Of a stretch of DNA of 64,000 bases, positions 61,094-64,000 are shown in pieces. The notes beneath the pieces are model-generated. The model worked only from the letters and a program-made list of their open reading frames with translations. It had not been told where the DNA came from and did no database searches. The DNA comes from Armatimonadota bacterium (GTDB lineage Bacteria; Armatimonadota; UBA5829; DTJY01), in assembly GCA_023511795.1 (NCBI GenBank), contig JAIMAU010000006.1:77730-141729 (forward strand), read 5' to 3'. The first letter of the stretch is position 1, and each line of letters opens with the position of its first letter. Position numbers and translations under genes: made by a program.

Positions 61094-62470
61094 TTATGCT
61101 GCCTTATCCTGCGATTCCTCCTCAAAACCTTCTGTGGAGAGTTCGTTCAGAAACGCCTCAACAACCTTGGGATCAAACTGGGTGCCACTGTTATTCTTCA
61201 ACACCTCAATTGCTTTGCTTATGGAAAACCCTTTCCTGTATGGCCGGTTCGAAGTTAAGGCATCGAAAGCATCTGCGACAGCGATTATGCGCGCAAAAAG
61301 GGGTATTTCTTCCTGAGCAAGCCCTGAAGGATATCCTGTTCCATCATAACGTTCATGGTGATATAGAATTCCCGGCAGTATCAAATCAAGATTTTGCGAG
61401 CCGCGGATGATAGAACCGCCTAACTGCGGATGTGCCCTGACAAGTTTAAGCTCATCTTCCGTAAGACTTGCCGGTTTTTCAAGCACACAGTCCGGCACGC
61501 CAATTTTCCCGATATCGTGAAGTCGGGCAGCCATATGTAGTAGCTCCAACTGCTCATTATCTAGCCCAAAATGCTTGCCAATCAGCAAAGCATACCTGCT
61601 GACATTTTCCGAGTGGTTTCGCGTATATGGGTCTCGGGCATCTATGGCTGCAGCCAAGACCTTAATCGCACTTCCTGTCGGGTCTTGCAAGAACATAGAG
61701 ACATGAGAAGGATCACTTGCACGCATCCCACTGCCGGCTTTGTAAGCACATATTCGGTCACGCCCAAGTCGCTTTGCCTGATAAAGCGCCGAATCCGCCG
61801 CCATTATCAAACCCATTTTCTCCTGGCTGTGGTGCGGGTATACAGCTATCCCTATGCTTACCGTCAAGCTTATTGCTTGGTTCTCGGCATCCCCTATCAA
61901 TTCTTTGGTAAGCTTAAACGCGTGTGCGGATACAGCTTTTCTAATCCTCTCGGCAGTTTTCAAAGCACCGAGCAATCCTTCCCCAGGTAGTATAATGGCA
62001 AACTCCTCACCACCATATCTAGCTGCAATGTCCTTTTCATGTAGATTTCGCTTAATTAAGCCAGCTATCTGGCGGAGGATATCATCACCAGCCATATGTC
62101 CCAGCGAATCATTAATCAACTTGAACCTGTCAATATCAAGCATCAGCAGAGCAAGTTCGTCCGATTGCTGCTTGGCATGGTCAATCTCTTCTTGCAACCT
62201 TGCTTGAAAGTAACCATGGTTGTAAAGCCCAGTTAGATAGTCCAAATTAATTTGTGAAAGCATTTCTTCCTTATGTTCGAGCAATCGCAGAATTTCATTG
62301 AAAGCACTAGCAACCTGACCTATTTCATCGCACCTATGGTCATCCGTAAACCTTGCCAACCCTCCTTTGACCACAGCATGCAAACGACTGACAAACTGCG
62401 TGATTGGACGAAAGATAATCGCTGAGAATATTGAGGCCAGCATGATGGAAAATATAACGGATGTTAACAA
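61094..62470 (-). CDS. TM-HAMP-GGDEF-HD-GYP protein: cytoplasmic portion of a sensor c-di-GMP enzyme
   Basis: RYGGEEFAIILPG (GGDEF active site). HDIGKIGVPD and HHERYDGTGYP (HD-GYP). N-terminal TM helix plus HAMP-like segment. TTG start inside the A7/T7 run. Confidence 0.85.
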   Translation of the reverse strand: MLTSVIFSIMLASIFSAIIFRPITQFVSRLHAVVKGGLARFTDDHRCDEIGQVASAFNEILRLLEHKEEMLSQINLDYLTGLYNHGYFQARLQEEIDHAKQQSDELALLMLDIDRFKLINDSLGHMAGDDILRQIAGLIKRNLHEKDIAARYGGEEFAIILPGEGLLGALKTAERIRKAVSAHAFKLTKELIGDAENQAISLTVSIGIAVYPHHSQEKMGLIMAADSALYQAKRLGRDRICAYKAGSGMRASDPSHVSMFLQDPTGSAIKVLAAAIDARDPYTRNHSENVSRYALLIGKHFGLDNEQLELLHMAARLHDIGKIGVPDCVLEKPASLTEDELKLVRAHPQLGGSIIRGSQNLDLILPGILYHHERYDGTGYPSGLAQEEIPLFARIIAVADAFDALTSNRPYRKGFSISKAIEVLKNNSGTQFDPKVVEAFLNELSTEGFEEESQDKAA

Positions 62471-63093
62471 AAAAATGCACCCATACGCCTCATTTGGGCC
62501 AGCTCACTTTCAAGCTGGCTGGCAGACATTTCTACTCCCACGACGCCCACCAGCTGGCCCGAGCCGTCCAGTATTGGCGCATATCCGGATATCCAATTAC
62601 CCCAGGGGGCATGCTTGACCTTCGCAACGGATGACGGGCGCAAAAGCGCTTCCCTCAGTTCTGGTAGTTGCGATGCGTCAAAGTTGTCGCCGATGTGGCG
62701 AACAAGCTTTGGGTCTTGCTCCGTGCCCACGAGAAATTTCCATATCTCGAGATTCTTGCTCGGATGCAGTATATAGATACGTCTTACCTCGGGATTTGCA
62801 GCTCTAAAGCGGACTAATAGTTTCTTTGTTTGCCTGTATGCTTGTGTATCTTCGTCTCCGCGCTCACGAAGAAGCTCAAGCTCTTCTGCGTTAATTTGTA
62901 GGGCAATGCTGCTCGCAAAAAATGCAGGCCTTTCGCATATCTCATCGAAGAGTGTTTGGCGAGCATAGTAGTAAAATGCACAAATACCGCTTGTGCCCAC
63001 CAATATTACCAGACAGGCAACAAGAGCGCACAGCTTCCAACGCCAAGATGATTGGCCTGACGCTTTTGCTTTTTGAATACCAATTTTCCGCAT
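62464..63093 (-). CDS. Periplasmic sensor-domain segment (TM helix plus Cache/PAS-like periplasmic domain), probably the N-terminus of the GGDEF/HD-GYP protein
   Basis: N-terminal TM helix (WKLCALVACLVILVGTSGICAFYYY) and a 170-aa extracytoplasmic domain. Ends ...MGAFFC-TAA inside a T7 run. The next ORF starts 7 nt upstream in the -1 frame. Confidence 0.6.
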   Translation of the reverse strand: MRKIGIQKAKASGQSSWRWKLCALVACLVILVGTSGICAFYYYARQTLFDEICERPAFFASSIALQINAEELELLRERGDEDTQAYRQTKKLLVRFRAANPEVRRIYILHPSKNLEIWKFLVGTEQDPKLVRHIGDNFDASQLPELREALLRPSSVAKVKHAPWGNWISGYAPILDGSGQLVGVVGVEMSASQLESELAQMRRMGAFFC

Positions 63094-63169
63094 AACTTAC
63101 TATTAATAATTGGCAATAATAAGCTTGCTCTTGAGTTTTAATTTGTGGGGATTTTTGCGAAGGCATACT

Positions 63170-64000
63170 CTACTTAAACTCTAAGATTTCAGCCTTTAGG
63201 CTACCCATTGTCTTTACAGTATCGAACATTGCGCCGGTATCGCCTTCTGCTAGCTTGATGTGCGTTGCGTCCACAAAGTCAGATGGAAGCGTCGGGTCAA
63301 TTGGTATCCACTCGCCTACGTAACTCTCCGCCCAAGCATGGTAGAAAAACCCACCCTTCCAATGCACTAGACCAGCCACGAGTTTGGTAGGAATTCCAAC
63401 GGCTCGTGCGAGAGCCGCATAAAGTATGGCGTAATCACGGCAAACACCGGTTTTCGTATGAAGCACATCCAGAGATGACCTGACAATTCCGATATTCCCT
63501 TTCGATTGCATGTTAGCATGAACCCATGACCTTAAGCGAGCAGCAGCAAGATAGGCATTCTTTTCGTTGCCTATGATATCTTTAGCCGTCTGCCGGATTT
63601 CAGAGTTTGTGGGTTGGACATAGGGGCTGTCACCAAGATACTTCTCCAGATTCGGATTCTGAATAGGCAAGTTAGGTGCATTCGCTGGAACGAAGTCGGA
63701 AGAAGCGATCTCATACTCAGCCGACGGCTTTTCGCCAGAGGCATAAGTCACCTTCTGACGCTTATCGCTAATTGCCAGCGATTTGTCGGACAGCCCAATC
63801 AACCTTACCTTCATATATCTTACCTGCCGCGGATTTGGGATATCGGTTGTGGTTGGCGCCGACGTCATAACTGCAAGATCTGCGGGAGGTGTGTAGGCTC
63901 CTCCAATATTTTGCGCAACCTCTTGGGGTTCGCGGAGCATCACCATCCCCATTAGGGCGGTTACTTTCAGAACCTCGCCATTTTCATCTTGCCAACATGT
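63170..64000 (-). CDS. Transglutaminase-like cysteine protease domain protein; the frame stays open to the window end, so the N-terminus is probably outside the window
   Basis: GVCRDYAILYAALARAVGIPTKLVAGLVHWKGGFFYHAWAESYVGEWIPIDPT carries the Cys-His-Asp transglutaminase-core arrangement. The frame upstream of the first Met stays open to position 64000. Confidence 0.7.
   Translation of the reverse strand, partial: TCWQDENGEVLKVTALMGMVMLREPQEVAQNIGGAYTPPADLAVMTSAPTTTDIPNPRQVRYMKVRLIGLSDKSLAISDKRQKVTYASGEKPSAEYEIASSDFVPANAPNLPIQNPNLEKYLGDSPYVQPTNSEIRQTAKDIIGNEKNAYLAAARLRSWVHANMQSKGNIGIVRSSLDVLHTKTGVCRDYAILYAALARAVGIPTKLVAGLVHWKGGFFYHAWAESYVGEWIPIDPTLPSDFVDATHIKLAEGDTGAMFDTVKTMGSLKAEILEFK

Noticed and set aside
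1-64000. Mobile elements, prophage, rRNA and CRISPR-Cas
   Set aside because: I see no integrase, transposase, recombinase, IS inverted repeats, rRNA-like conserved blocks or short direct-repeat arrays on either strand. The only structural RNA gene is tRNA-Gln.

Overview
This 64 kb window looks like chromosomal bacterial DNA with no rRNA, CRISPR array, integrase, transposase or phage genes visible. Coding density is high on both strands. The ORF track accepts TTG/GTG starts, so several listed ORFs are 5'-extended and I re-called those starts from RBS and promoter context.

Recognisable housekeeping genes include:
- PPi-dependent phosphofructokinase (pfp)
- glmS
- a DAGK-family lipid kinase
- cdsA
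- glnS with a co-oriented tRNA-Gln(CUG) immediately downstream
- a stand-alone GMP-synthase ATP-pyrophosphatase domain
- efp
- accB and accC
- nusB, folD and a polyprenyl synthetase
- acyP
- a PGM/PMM-family mutase
- cdaA-cdaR (c-di-AMP synthesis)

Accessory content:
- Three paralogous secreted TIM-barrel-like putative glycoside hydrolases, a DUF1343 (NamZ-like) protein and a Gfo/Idh/MocA oxidoreductase.
- An ECF sigma, anti-sigma and LolA-like protein triad.
- A seven-gene efflux operon: AbrB-like regulator, TolC, ABC ATPase, ABC-2 permease, LolA-like protein, membrane fusion protein and RND pump.
- A sensor GGDEF/HD-GYP protein split by a frameshift at an A7 run.
- A large multidomain cell-wall amidase gene (GerMN, Amidase_3, Ig-like and Fn3 domains) split into three ORFs.
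- A transglutaminase-like gene running off the window end.

The most unusual region is 47.2-59.0 kb. It holds seven GT-C-fold membrane glycosyltransferase-like genes: two GT39/PMT_2-like and four tandem TMTC-like (DUF1736 plus TPR) paralogs, with a coupled 88-aa ORF. Two of the paralogs share a patch of perfect 45-nt identity, which suggests gene conversion. A polyprenyl synthetase lies immediately upstream of the array. I read this as a candidate, undescribed, protein or glycan O-glycosylation system.
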